Source: a virus (lineage: Duplodnaviria > Caudoviricetes). Taken from it: a DNA stretch of 64,000 nt. The position numbers and the translations under genes were made by a program. Location: positions 1 to 64,000 of the IMG/VR virus record IMGVR_UViG_3300010355_001062. One strand, written 5' to 3'. Of this stretch, positions 28,233 through 36,972 are shown piece after piece (the first letter of the stretch is position 1; each line of letters starts with the position of its first letter). Under the pieces are notes generated by a model that worked only from the letters and a program-made list of their open reading frames with translations, was not told the origin of the DNA and did not search any database.

Positions 28233-29128
28233 AGAGTACTATATGTTAGCAGGGCTGTTTCCGCAGTTGTGTAACGTACTACATCAGCTCCCAAATCGTT
28301 AACGTCTTTGATTTTGCCAGAGTAAGGTAATTTCAGCAATTTTACCTTTTTACGGTGCTTCATTAATTGTATAGCCAATTGCTTGGCTTCGGCATAAAAG
28401 CCTCTATCAGGAGCTAGCACGAATGTGCCGTCATATTTTAGTAATAATTGCAATTGTTCAGCACTTATTTTCCATTTATATAAACCTATAGCATTCGGGT
28501 ATAATGTGAGTACATCAAAACATCCTTCCTGTATGAATATTTCAGTGTGCCTTCTATACAATGCATTTTGATTATACAATGTATCAGCACTACCCCTATT
28601 AAACGTGCTAAAAGCTTCATTTTTGTGTTTAGGATAAGCTGCTAGAAAAGCTCGGCCGCTAATATACTCCAAGCGGCCGAGTACCATATTCGGAAAGATA
28701 ACATATCCAAACCAAGGTGAAGTACGTAAAGTTACATAGCCTAACATAGCTTCCTGAGCTACGTCTAATGGTATTTTACGCACTTCAGTAACGTAGTGTA
28801 GCACACGCTCACCTAGATAATCTATATCACTACCAATGAGCTTAAAACCCTCAGGTAAATGCATTAGCAACTTATCAGGGCGTTTGGGTTGTTTTACTAG
28901 AGTGTTGCTATGTACCTCAGCATAATCCACATAAACACCGCGTTGTCGCAGGTAGCTGACTATACTACACGATAAACCAGTTCTAAAATCATTGACCCAA
29001 AAAGTCTCGAAATTAAAACATAGTGTTTTATCAGTATGTGTTTCATCTGCATTACATCTCCACCAGCCCTTCGTGCCTGGAGATATATCTGGATGAATTA
29101 TTTTAATCTCTTCAAAAATCGAGCTCAT
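28229..29128 (-). CDS. DNA primase (TOPRIM)
   Basis: IFIQEGCFDVL, APDRG, KDVND. Confidence 0.85.
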   Translation of the reverse strand: MSSIFEEIKIIHPDISPGTKGWWRCNADETHTDKTLCFNFETFWVNDFRTGLSCSIVSYLRQRGVYVDYAEVHSNTLVKQPKRPDKLLMHLPEGFKLIGSDIDYLGERVLHYVTEVRKIPLDVAQEAMLGYVTLRTSPWFGYVIFPNMVLGRLEYISGRAFLAAYPKHKNEAFSTFNRGSADTLYNQNALYRRHTEIFIQEGCFDVLTLYPNAIGLYKWKISAEQLQLLLKYDGTFVLAPDRGFYAEAKQLAIQLMKHRKKVKLLKLPYSGKIKDVNDLGADVVRYTTAETALLTYSTL

Positions 29129-29141
29129 AGTATCTGGTATA

Positions 29142-29210
29142 GAGCCTAATCGATTTTATCCCCCTATCTAATATCCATTATCAAGGGATAAAATAAAATC
29201 GAATAGGCTC
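29142..29210. repeat. ~70-bp intergenic element with GAGCCTAATCGATTTT inverted arms
   Basis: Left arm 29142-29157 vs right arm 29195-29210, 15/16 match; related copy at 36892-36961. Confidence 0.75.
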
Positions 29211-29222
29211 GATTATTCGATA

Positions 29223-30800
29223 TTATTTCTTGGGTTTCTTTAGTGAGCGCATGATATGCAGACTAACTCTAGCACGAGTATACGCTACATACTCAAGATT
29301 ACGTGCTTGCTCCAGCTGCCATGGTTGTTCCCCATTGCGCCGTCGTGTTAGTAGCTCCGGCTCCATGATGAAAACCCTATTCCATTCAAGCCCCTTAGCT
29401 TTGTGTACTGTAGAGAATAATACACCTTCTGTCTGCTCACCAAAAAGTGTTTTAATAAACTTGCATAAGCTACCGGTATCATTAACATCCGGCACATTAT
29501 AGATCATGTGATTCACACAATCAATTTTGTCCTTTAGGTTAGAATAGCTGGGTGTCTCGACTACTTCGTCTAAACTCATATTAGGGAATACTCGCATGAG
29601 CTTATCAAGAGTCTCGCTCAGTTTAGAAGCCATTAAGCTATTCAATTCCGGTAGGTCATTAGCTTTAAAGCTCTGAACAAATTTTATTAAATTAGCTCCG
29701 ATGTCGGTACCTTGTATCATGGCTTTCTTGCCCTCGGCAATAAGAGAATAGCAACCCTTGATTAGTGGAGCTGTATTACGACATAACACTACATCACCAG
29801 GTCTCACCATATCTAATGTTTGGTCATGGTAAACCATTCCATCAATGGCAGTATCAGCAGCCTTTATTTCTGTGTCTATTCTATTTGTATACTCTATCAC
29901 GGCTTTCGAGCACCTCCAACATACTGATAATGGTAATACCTCAGCCTTTTCAGCGTAGTCATTCCAAGCACCTACATCAGCTCCTGTGAAGCCATAGATA
30001 GCTTGTGAATTATCACCTACAGCTATAATCTTACCATCAGCAGCTAGAGCACGTCTGTATAAGCGCCATTGAGCAGCATTCAGGTCTTGTGCTTCATCTA
30101 TAAAGATGTATTTGAATTTACGTAGTAGTAATTTTTCTTCTGGTAATGTAGCGGCCAGAAATAACATATCCGTGAAGTCAATGTTAGCCACATCATTATA
30201 TAATCTCTTGCATAATTCCCTTCCGGCATCGCGCTGAGCTGCATCTAGTATGAGACCATGCTTTTTGCATAAAGCTATTATTTTTTCCGACGTGGATGCT
30301 AGCTCTAAACGAATTAGATTTGCTAGTGCTTTAACGCCCTTTAGCACATTCTCACGATCCTCAACTGACTTAAGCCATTCCCATTCGTTTTCTCGCAACA
30401 TATTATCGAAATGACGGTTGAGCTTATGCTCGTCCATTCTAAGCTTAGAAGGCAATAAGGAACGACCAAATGAATGTGATGTTCTACAATCAACTCCAGG
30501 TATTCCCTTTAACCGTTCGGCTAATTCTTTTTGTATATTACGATTAAATGCTCCGATCAGAATGGAGGAACCAGGTGGTAGAGCTTTGACTGCCATTACT
30601 ATAGTAGTAGTTTTACCCGACCCGGCTTTTGCGTTAAGCAATATGTCTTTGATCTGTGGTGAGATCGTAGCTTCGAGAAATAGTGTCTGTTCGATTGTTG
30701 GTGTCATCTTCCGATTTTTTTCTTCCAGATCAAAGATAATAATAATTATTCTAAAATCAAAAATTATTTTTATTATTTTTAAAGAATTCCACATACTCAA
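29223..30800 (-). CDS. UvrD/Rep SF1A helicase (true start probably MTPTIEQ, ~30707)
   Basis: AKAGSGKTT, DEAQD, GDNSQAIYGFTG, STVHKAKGLEW, YVAYTRA. Confidence 0.93.
   Translation of the reverse strand: MSMWNSLKIIKIIFDFRIIIIIFDLEEKNRKMTPTIEQTLFLEATISPQIKDILLNAKAGSGKTTTIVMAVKALPPGSSILIGAFNRNIQKELAERLKGIPGVDCRTSHSFGRSLLPSKLRMDEHKLNRHFDNMLRENEWEWLKSVEDRENVLKGVKALANLIRLELASTSEKIIALCKKHGLILDAAQRDAGRELCKRLYNDVANIDFTDMLFLAATLPEEKLLLRKFKYIFIDEAQDLNAAQWRLYRRALAADGKIIAVGDNSQAIYGFTGADVGAWNDYAEKAEVLPLSVCWRCSKAVIEYTNRIDTEIKAADTAIDGMVYHDQTLDMVRPGDVVLCRNTAPLIKGCYSLIAEGKKAMIQGTDIGANLIKFVQSFKANDLPELNSLMASKLSETLDKLMRVFPNMSLDEVVETPSYSNLKDKIDCVNHMIYNVPDVNDTGSLCKFIKTLFGEQTEGVLFSTVHKAKGLEWNRVFIMEPELLTRRRNGEQPWQLEQARNLEYVAYTRARVSLHIMRSLKKPKK
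30731..30761 (-). promoter_or_regulatory. Bacteroidota-type sigma70 promoter
   Basis: TTTG-N19-TATCTTTG. Confidence 0.75.
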
Positions 30801-31278
30801 AATATAATGCTTCTAGAGCTTGTGCAAAGAAGCTATCACGGACTGCTTCAGTCCTGCCGTGTTTACCAAAACTTCTGCGATCCTTATATGGAATATTTAA
30901 AGCTAAACATTCCTTACGCCATAATTGCACCTGTAAGCTAGCGTAGCTTTTAGTTAACTCGTTTACCGCTGTTAGTAGATATATAAGAACAGCTGTGTAA
31001 TCAGTTATATTAGCGCTATAAGTAACCAATTCGAATTTGCCTCTTTCGATACGAGTGATGGTAGTACTCTCGTCCATGAATTGAGCTAACAAACGTGCTA
31101 TAGCAAAATAATTACTAGATGTATAGCTAGCTATATCAATTATTAAACGATTACATATAGCTTGCTTTTCTCTAGGCGCTACTTTTAGTATACGCATAGC
31201 TATTTCAGCCCATTGTGAATAATTAGACAATGGCATTTCGCTTATTCTTTCTAGCTCGACTTGTACTTCGCTTTTCAT
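30757..31278 (-). CDS. Hypothetical protein
   Basis: 173-aa ORF. Confidence 0.65.
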   Translation of the reverse strand: MKSEVQVELERISEMPLSNYSQWAEIAMRILKVAPREKQAICNRLIIDIASYTSSNYFAIARLLAQFMDESTTITRIERGKFELVTYSANITDYTAVLIYLLTAVNELTKSYASLQVQLWRKECLALNIPYKDRRSFGKHGRTEAVRDSFFAQALEALYFEYVEFFKNNKNNF

Positions 31279-31451
31279 GTTTCGCTTTTGTCGGCTTCGT
31301 GCACACGTGTATATGCGCGTACACGCGCGGGCCTTTATTAAATTTATAATATATTTTATTCATTATTAGATAATAAAAACAAAGATTTTATATCTCCAAA
31401 TTTATTTTCAATTATTTTTAAAATAAATTTTTTTGTTTTATTTCTCCTAGG

Positions 31452-31614
31452 AATTTTAAGCTTCGCTTAAAATTAGTAATCGCAAGCGATTACTATAATA
31501 AATATACTAATCGCTTGCGATTAGTATAGTTGCGCTACGCGCAACTCCATATTGAGCTGCAAGCTCTTAAAATATTTGTCTTTTATAATTATATAAGAGC
31601 TTCCAGCTCAATAT
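31452..31614. other. Array of five abutting palindromes; putative replication origin or structured RNA
   Basis: Stems at 31452-31474, 31475-31494, 31504-31527, 31528-31546 and 31549-31614, in an AT-rich gap near the DnaB gene. Confidence 0.6.
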
Positions 31615-31622
31615 TTCCGAAG

Positions 31623-31850
31623 CTAAGTCGGCTTGATTTCGAAAGTTACGCTATCATTTGTCAAATAGACATTGCGAGCTAGCATATAGCCATGCATATA
31701 AGCTATAAATAGTCGGTTTACTTGGCCTTGTTTATAGAAACTTTGTAAATGATATACTTCTTTAGCTTGTCTAGCTGGTTGCATATGGCTAAATAGCTTT
31801 TCGAACTCAGCTATAAGCTCGTGAAATTCCTTTGTGTCTGTGAATTGCAT
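31623..31850 (-). CDS. Hypothetical protein
   Basis: 75-aa ORF. Confidence 0.6.
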   Translation of the reverse strand: MQFTDTKEFHELIAEFEKLFSHMQPARQAKEVYHLQSFYKQGQVNRLFIAYMHGYMLARNVYLTNDSVTFEIKPT

Positions 31851-31865
31851 AGTTGTGAATTAAAG

Positions 31866-31889
31866 CAGGGTCGGCAATTGCCGACCCTG
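31866..31889 (-). terminator. GC-rich palindrome, probable terminator
   Basis: CAGGGTCGGCAATTGCCGACCCTG followed by CTTT on the minus strand. Confidence 0.5.
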
Positions 31890-31931
31890 TACAACGATTA
31901 AAGTCCTGAGAAAAAGGGTTAGCAAGAAAAA

Positions 31932-32303
31932 TCAGTAAGTTGACATTGCTTCCATAAATCTTGGAAGCAATACAAATTTTTGGTCTTCTTGGCGTACTAC
32001 TCCTTTCAGTAAAAGTGCCCTACTAGCAGCATACATTGTTTGATAAGGCAGATTGTACAGACGGGCAATATCGCTCAAGCCTAGTATGCAGGCTGGTTCA
32101 TTATCGCCAAGTGTGTAAGGCAGTATACTGTAAGTCTGATATATAGCAGAAGCTAATTCCAGCTCACTGTTACGCAAATCCAACAATTGCGTAAGTCGCA
32201 CCCTGTCTATGGACAGGGGCACCGACGTTTGGTTATTAAGGTTATTGCCCATAGCTATTTTAGTTTTGATCATCCAATTTATAATAAATTTTCCATTTAT
32301 CAA
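31932..32303 (-). CDS. Winged-helix DNA-binding protein
   Basis: LSDIARLYNLPYQTMYAASRALLLKGVV HTH-like segment. Confidence 0.5.
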   Translation of the reverse strand: MINGKFIINWMIKTKIAMGNNLNNQTSVPLSIDRVRLTQLLDLRNSELELASAIYQTYSILPYTLGDNEPACILGLSDIARLYNLPYQTMYAASRALLLKGVVRQEDQKFVLLPRFMEAMSTY

Positions 32304-32320
32304 AATTTTTATTGATAAAT

Positions 32321-33730
32321 TTATTTATCGTCTAAAGAATCGAAATTTATTTTAGACTTAAATGAGAATTCTGTAGTTGATTGAGGATTGGAATTACCAC
32401 CGTTACTTTCATAAGCTTCTAACATAGCTTCTACCTCATCTTTATTCACTACTCCGAGTATTCTTTGTGTAGCTGGTTCGACTCTTATGTAGATCATATT
32501 TGCTCCATCGTCATCTTCTACGCCTTCACGCTGAGTTACTGGAGCTAGTCGGCGTAGCCCTAGAGCTCTTTCTTCTTTAGTTCCTAGCAATGAGAATATG
32601 CCATGAGCGTGATGTACTTTAGCTATAGCTTGGCCAAGAGCTCCTTTATCGATGTATTTGTCGGATTTTATATACTCCGCTTTTATTTGTGATGCTGTCC
32701 ATGAAGCCGTGCTATATTTCATATTAACGCCTATCAAATCCAGATAAACTTGAGCGGCGTTCTTATGGCTTTCTCTTGTCATATGTACTGGAACCATATT
32801 ATCAGCATAATCGTAGATAATCATACCTATTATTATGCCTTGAGCAGCTAGCTCCTCCAGCTCCTCTTCAATATCCTGATATGTAGCTTGCCCTGGCCTA
32901 AACCCACGTATATATACATCACAACCATATTCCTGTAGCATAGCTAGAGCTATCTCGGTAGCTTTGTCTATTGAATAGGTAGTGAATGAAGCTCCAGTGA
33001 TATTCTGAGCTCCGCGTTGATGTATATTAGCTACGCCGTTTTCAGTATCAATATAAAGTACATTGATTTTATTCATTAGAGCGAAATCGATACCCAACCC
33101 TAGTAGAGTCATTGTCTTCAATGCTTTAGGTGGAGCAGCTAGCACGTATAGCTCAGGAGCATAAAAACCTCCCTTGGTGCGCCATGCATTTATCTCGTCG
33201 ATGGAGCTTTTGTATACATTGTGCTTGGTAAAATTAGTAGCTGTTAGATTTATGTCAGCTAATAATCTACGCCTTTCTACTTGTTGATCAGTAGCTGTTA
33301 TATTTGCTATACGCCCTAATTCACGCGATAAGCCATTGATGTCAAATTCGGTATCAGCTGTTGTCATAGCTACCAGATGCTTATTGAATACAGCAAAAGC
33401 TTGTAGCTTCTGAGCCGTACTTACAGCTAGTGGTTGTAGGTAACTAATATCCAAACGTGGTGGCTCGAATGCGCTGCGTATGATATTAGTTACATCGCCA
33501 AATACAGTCTCACTATCCATGTGCAGACTAGCTGCATAATCGTTCATGAACATATATACTGTATCAAAGTTACTCGGTAATACTCCATACTTCGTATTAT
33601 AAGCATCAAGTACCTGATAAGTGGCTCCTATTACAACGTCCCATGCATCCTTATGATATAAGCTGAATAGCTTAGGTCTAGTACGGATATAGCGCAATAA
33701 ATCCAGCTGCAATTTTTCATCGATTTCCAT
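32321..33730 (-). CDS. Replicative DnaB/gp41-like helicase
   Basis: AAPPKALKT, IDTEN, IIYDYAD, TASQ. Confidence 0.8.
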   Translation of the reverse strand: MEIDEKLQLDLLRYIRTRPKLFSLYHKDAWDVVIGATYQVLDAYNTKYGVLPSNFDTVYMFMNDYAASLHMDSETVFGDVTNIIRSAFEPPRLDISYLQPLAVSTAQKLQAFAVFNKHLVAMTTADTEFDINGLSRELGRIANITATDQQVERRRLLADINLTATNFTKHNVYKSSIDEINAWRTKGGFYAPELYVLAAPPKALKTMTLLGLGIDFALMNKINVLYIDTENGVANIHQRGAQNITGASFTTYSIDKATEIALAMLQEYGCDVYIRGFRPGQATYQDIEEELEELAAQGIIIGMIIYDYADNMVPVHMTRESHKNAAQVYLDLIGVNMKYSTASWTASQIKAEYIKSDKYIDKGALGQAIAKVHHAHGIFSLLGTKEERALGLRRLAPVTQREGVEDDDGANMIYIRVEPATQRILGVVNKDEVEAMLEAYESNGGNSNPQSTTEFSFKSKINFDSLDDK

Positions 33731-33792
33731 TCATTATAAATTTTATCAAAAATAAAAAATTTATCTGATAATAGAAAATAATTTTAAACAAA

Positions 33793-33824
33793 TTTGGATT
33801 ATTCAATCTTTTATCTTATATTTA
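33793..33824 (+). promoter_or_regulatory. Plus-strand promoter, possibly giving a leaderless mRNA
   Basis: TTTG-N20-TATATTTA, ending 4 nt before the ATG at 33829. Confidence 0.5.
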
Positions 33825-33828
33825 GCTT

Positions 33829-34338
33829 ATGGAAAACAATTTATTAAACAAAGCTTTTCCAGGAGCTAGGACTGGAAAATCCAAGACAGGAGCTAATTCC
33901 CGCAAGAAAGGTGTGGATAATGAAAAAGTACTAGCTAAAAAATTAACTGAGTGGGTAGGTGTTAAATTCATGCGAACTCCAGGTAGTGGTAGCTTAGGTA
34001 AGATGGCACGTTTTATGAGCATGGATATTATGATTACGGAGGGCCATTTCCCATTCGGTATAGAGACAAAACGTTACAAGGATATGGGGCGCACTAAGCT
34101 ACTAAGAGTATGGGAAAAAGCTAAGACTGAGCACGAATTCCCGTTGCTTTTTGTAAAGCTAGATGGTATGCGCCATTGGTGGGTATACACTGATAAAGAT
34201 TTAGGCTTGCCTATCGATCATACGATAGCTGATTTGCATGGTTATTCTTCTAATGAACTGTTTAAAATCAATTATAATGACTTCACAACTTTTTGCTCAA
34301 ATCTCTACGGTACTAGCGAGCACCGATATGGCGCTTGA
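33829..34338 (+). CDS. Holliday junction resolvase (Hjc-like PD-(D/E)XK)
   Basis: SRKKG..NE, RTPGSG, D...IETK. Confidence 0.75.
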   Translation: MENNLLNKAFPGARTGKSKTGANSRKKGVDNEKVLAKKLTEWVGVKFMRTPGSGSLGKMARFMSMDIMITEGHFPFGIETKRYKDMGRTKLLRVWEKAKTEHEFPLLFVKLDGMRHWWVYTDKDLGLPIDHTIADLHGYSSNELFKINYNDFTTFCSNLYGTSEHRYGA

Positions 34339-34828
34339 TGCTGGTACGGTTAAAAGCATTAGCGAGGCATTGCTTAATCAAGAGCTGCTATCAAGTGCTT
34401 TGAAATTCTATGGCTTGAAGGAAATTCCAGGCCCAGCTTCCAGCCCCACAATCACTTCATGGTTGGCTAAATGGCTGAAAATAGCTAACGTCAAAGCTTC
34501 CAAAAACGACGACCAAACGGCTTGGTGTTCAGTTTTCGTGAATGAGATTGCTGAACAGTGTGATTGCACATTTAGCGGTAAGATCAACGCACGTTCCTGG
34601 CTTGATGTTGGCCAAGAAGTGGCTATGGACGAGGCAATGCCTGGTGATGTAGTTATCCTATGGCGTGTTAAACCTTCGAGCTGGGAAGGCCATGTGGGAT
34701 TTTTCGTGCGCAAAGGCCCTGGCGTAGTATGGATGCTGGGTGGCAATCAGTCAAACCAGGTCAATATCATGTCTTTCAAAGACAGTCAGGTATTGGGCAT
34801 TCGGCGCCTAGCTAAAATCGCTAAATAA
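34238..34828 (+). CDS. TIGR02594-family NlpC/P60-like cell-wall peptidase (true start probably a downstream Met)
   Basis: TAWCSVFVN, ARSW, PGDVVILWR, GHVGFF, LGGNQSN. Confidence 0.85.
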   Translation: MVILLMNCLKSIIMTSQLFAQISTVLASTDMALDAGTVKSISEALLNQELLSSALKFYGLKEIPGPASSPTITSWLAKWLKIANVKASKNDDQTAWCSVFVNEIAEQCDCTFSGKINARSWLDVGQEVAMDEAMPGDVVILWRVKPSSWEGHVGFFVRKGPGVVWMLGGNQSNQVNIMSFKDSQVLGIRRLAKIAK

Positions 34829-34956
34829 TGTTCTGGTACGGCGTACTCACAGGAGTAGTGAGCACAGTCTTATTAGCCATCTTATTCTTATATGGGTTGC
34901 GCAAAGGATTAGTGCAGCTTATATCTGATGCTATAGGAAGGTTGCTAGGACTATAA
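34828..34956 (+). CDS. 42-aa membrane peptide (not in the ORF track)
   Basis: MFWYGVLTGVVSTVLLAILFLYGLRKGLVQLISDAIGRLLGL, TAATG-coupled to the peptidase gene. Confidence 0.65.
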   Translation: MFWYGVLTGVVSTVLLAILFLYGLRKGLVQLISDAIGRLLGL

Positions 34957-34989
34957 AAAAAGGGTCGATAACCGAAGCTACCGACCCTC
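34955..34989 (-). terminator. Intrinsic terminator ending the structural operon
   Basis: AGGGTCGGTAGC-TTCG-GTTATCGACCCT followed by a T-tract. Confidence 0.85.
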
Positions 34990-35010
34990 TATACCATGAT
35001 GTGAAATGGA

Positions 35011-35601
35011 TCATTCAATACTTTGAATACCAGCTTCTTGAGCCTCTTTTGCTGGCACTAAACTTACCTGATCTAATATAAAGCTAGTTCTAGGGGTTAT
35101 CAAACACATTAGAACATAGTTCACTCCGATCAGAATCTTGCCGAATAATGGAGCTACGCAGATATTCAACTCGGCGCAATTGGTTAGCGCGAACGCTACT
35201 ATACCGAGTACGAATTGCACCAGCAAGAATACTTGCGGATTTTTAACCCTGAATTTATCGAGTATACCCGCTAAGAGAGTTTGTAGCAAATCAGGCTTAT
35301 CCCTAGTAGTAAGTGAATTACCATAAGTGCCTTGGTTATAGGCCATGAGTACTGAAGCGGTCTTCGATGATAGCAGGACTACCAGAATATAGTTGGCTAT
35401 TAGCAACACCTTACCGAATAGCGAATTGACGCAAACGCCTATTTCCTGACAGTTGGTAAGTGCATAAACAATTACGCCGAGAGCAAACTGTATCAACAGG
35501 AATAGTCCCGGATTGTTTACTCTGAACTTGGAGAGAATACCGGCCAATAAAGTCTGAATCATATCAGGCTTTTGGTCTACGGGAGCGAGTGCCTTTGACA
35601 T
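35011..35601 (-). CDS. Internally duplicated multi-TM membrane protein (holin-like)
   Basis: Two ~72-aa repeats KPD(M/L)xQTLLAGIL...CxExxxCV..LFGK. Confidence 0.7.
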   Translation of the reverse strand: MSKALAPVDQKPDMIQTLLAGILSKFRVNNPGLFLLIQFALGVIVYALTNCQEIGVCVNSLFGKVLLIANYILVVLLSSKTASVLMAYNQGTYGNSLTTRDKPDLLQTLLAGILDKFRVKNPQVFLLVQFVLGIVAFALTNCAELNICVAPLFGKILIGVNYVLMCLITPRTSFILDQVSLVPAKEAQEAGIQSIE

Positions 35602-35941
35602 TGCTTGTTTGTATTTTAGTATTACTTAAATTATTTTCCAGAGCTTCTATACGTAACTCTAGCTCATCGATGTGCTTCAGTAGTCGTTCGTTAAAGAACT
35701 TTTCGGTTGCTAAAGCTTTTTCCAAAGATATTACATGCTCAGCTTTTGAAGCTTCGGATGCCTTTATCTTCATCAAGGTGAAGCGAGTATATACAGCGCC
35801 TACTGTTGTTATAATCGTAGCTACTCCGCTAACGATAACAGCGGTATCACTTACTAGTACTGATAGTATAATCATATCCAAGTAATTCAGGGATAAGCGC
35901 GCCACCAAACCCATAATATTCGTCACGACCTTTGATTCCAA
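35564..35941 (-). CDS. TM plus coiled-coil protein (holin/antiholin-like; true start probably ~35875)
   Basis: Hydrophobic N-terminus, coiled coil, basic tail. Confidence 0.55.
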   Translation of the reverse strand: MESKVVTNIMGLVARLSLNYLDMIILSVLVSDTAVIVSGVATIITTVGAVYTRFTLMKIKASEASKAEHVISLEKALATEKFFNERLLKHIDELELRIEALENNLSNTKIQTSNVKGTRSRRPKA

Positions 35942-36869
35942 GGTCGAGTGTAGCTTCAGGCAGACGCTTATACAGTTCTTTGAAATCTTGTTTTACTGAA
36001 CCGTATAGAGCAATTATAGCCCCTATGTGCGGTGTAGCCATTGAAGTACCTGAAAGTACCTCGAAACCTTCATTTGGGTATGTTGACAGAATACCGTCGC
36101 CTGGCGCAGCTACGAAAACCTGTGGCCCGAAAGTACTAAAAGCACTACGTATATTTCCCTTCGATAACGAAGCTACACCTAAAGTATACTTGGAACAGCC
36201 CGGGTAGTTAACGCCTCTGCGATAACTATTACCAGTAGCAGCTACTGAGATAATGCCTAGCTCGTGCGCTTGGCGAAGTAATTTATCCGTAGCTGCCCAT
36301 ACAGATGTCCCACCTCCCAAAGAAAAGGAAAATATTATACATTCTCCACGATCAATGTATTTTTTCGAGTCACTGATAGCCCAACTTATACCAGCATTGA
36401 TACCGAATTGTGTACCCACATTTTTATGAAGTACTTTTACAGGTATTACGCCGATCAAATTCTTTTCAACAAGTACTTTACATATACCTAGTTCGAAATC
36501 AGTTACTCCGATATAAGAACCAGCTACATGTGTTCCGTGACCATCTACATCAGCAACACCGCCACCAGTAAAATCTTTACCCTTAAGCGCTTTCAAGCAA
36601 CTATGTGAGTATTCGCCAGCTGTGTCGAAGATATAAACTTTAACTTTGTGTTTAGCTACTTTTTGCAAGTAACTCTCTACTTTATCGGCGCCTAGCGCTG
36701 TGTAAGCCCAATTACCCATTTCGCCCATAGGTATAAGCTGTGGCATGGTTTCTATTGGGTCAATTACCACATCGTATTTTTTCTCCATCAGGTCAGCTAC
36801 TAATCGCTTACCTATTAGTTCAATACGATCTTTCCCCCTGAAAGGGGAATTCATAATATATTGGATCAT
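35847..36869 (-). CDS. Subtilisin-like S8 serine peptidase
   Basis: FDTAG, DGHGTHVAG, AATGN, SGTSMATPH catalytic motifs. Confidence 0.93.
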   Translation of the reverse strand: MIQYIMNSPFRGKDRIELIGKRLVADLMEKKYDVVIDPIETMPQLIPMGEMGNWAYTALGADKVESYLQKVAKHKVKVYIFDTAGEYSHSCLKALKGKDFTGGGVADVDGHGTHVAGSYIGVTDFELGICKVLVEKNLIGVIPVKVLHKNVGTQFGINAGISWAISDSKKYIDRGECIIFSFSLGGGTSVWAATDKLLRQAHELGIISVAATGNSYRRGVNYPGCSKYTLGVASLSKGNIRSAFSTFGPQVFVAAPGDGILSTYPNEGFEVLSGTSMATPHIGAIIALYGSVKQDFKELYKRLPEATLDLGIKGRDEYYGFGGALIPELLGYDYTISTSK

Positions 36870-36891
36870 CGAGCCTAGGTTTATAGGTTTA

Positions 36892-36961
36892 GAGCCTAAT
36901 CAATTTCTTTTCCCTTAATCAATAGGGAATAAGGATAAAGAGAATAAAATTGATTAGGCTC
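36892..36961. repeat. ~70-bp intergenic element with perfect 15-bp inverted arms GAGCCTAATCAATTT
   Basis: Arms at 36892-36906 and 36947-36961; extra GAGCCT at 36871. Confidence 0.78.
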
Positions 36962-36972
36962 GATTATATTTA

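Noticed and set aside
23012-33730. Inteins or introns in the polymerase, helicases or terminase
   Set aside because: Protein lengths and motif spacing are normal, with no intein splice motifs or interrupted frames.
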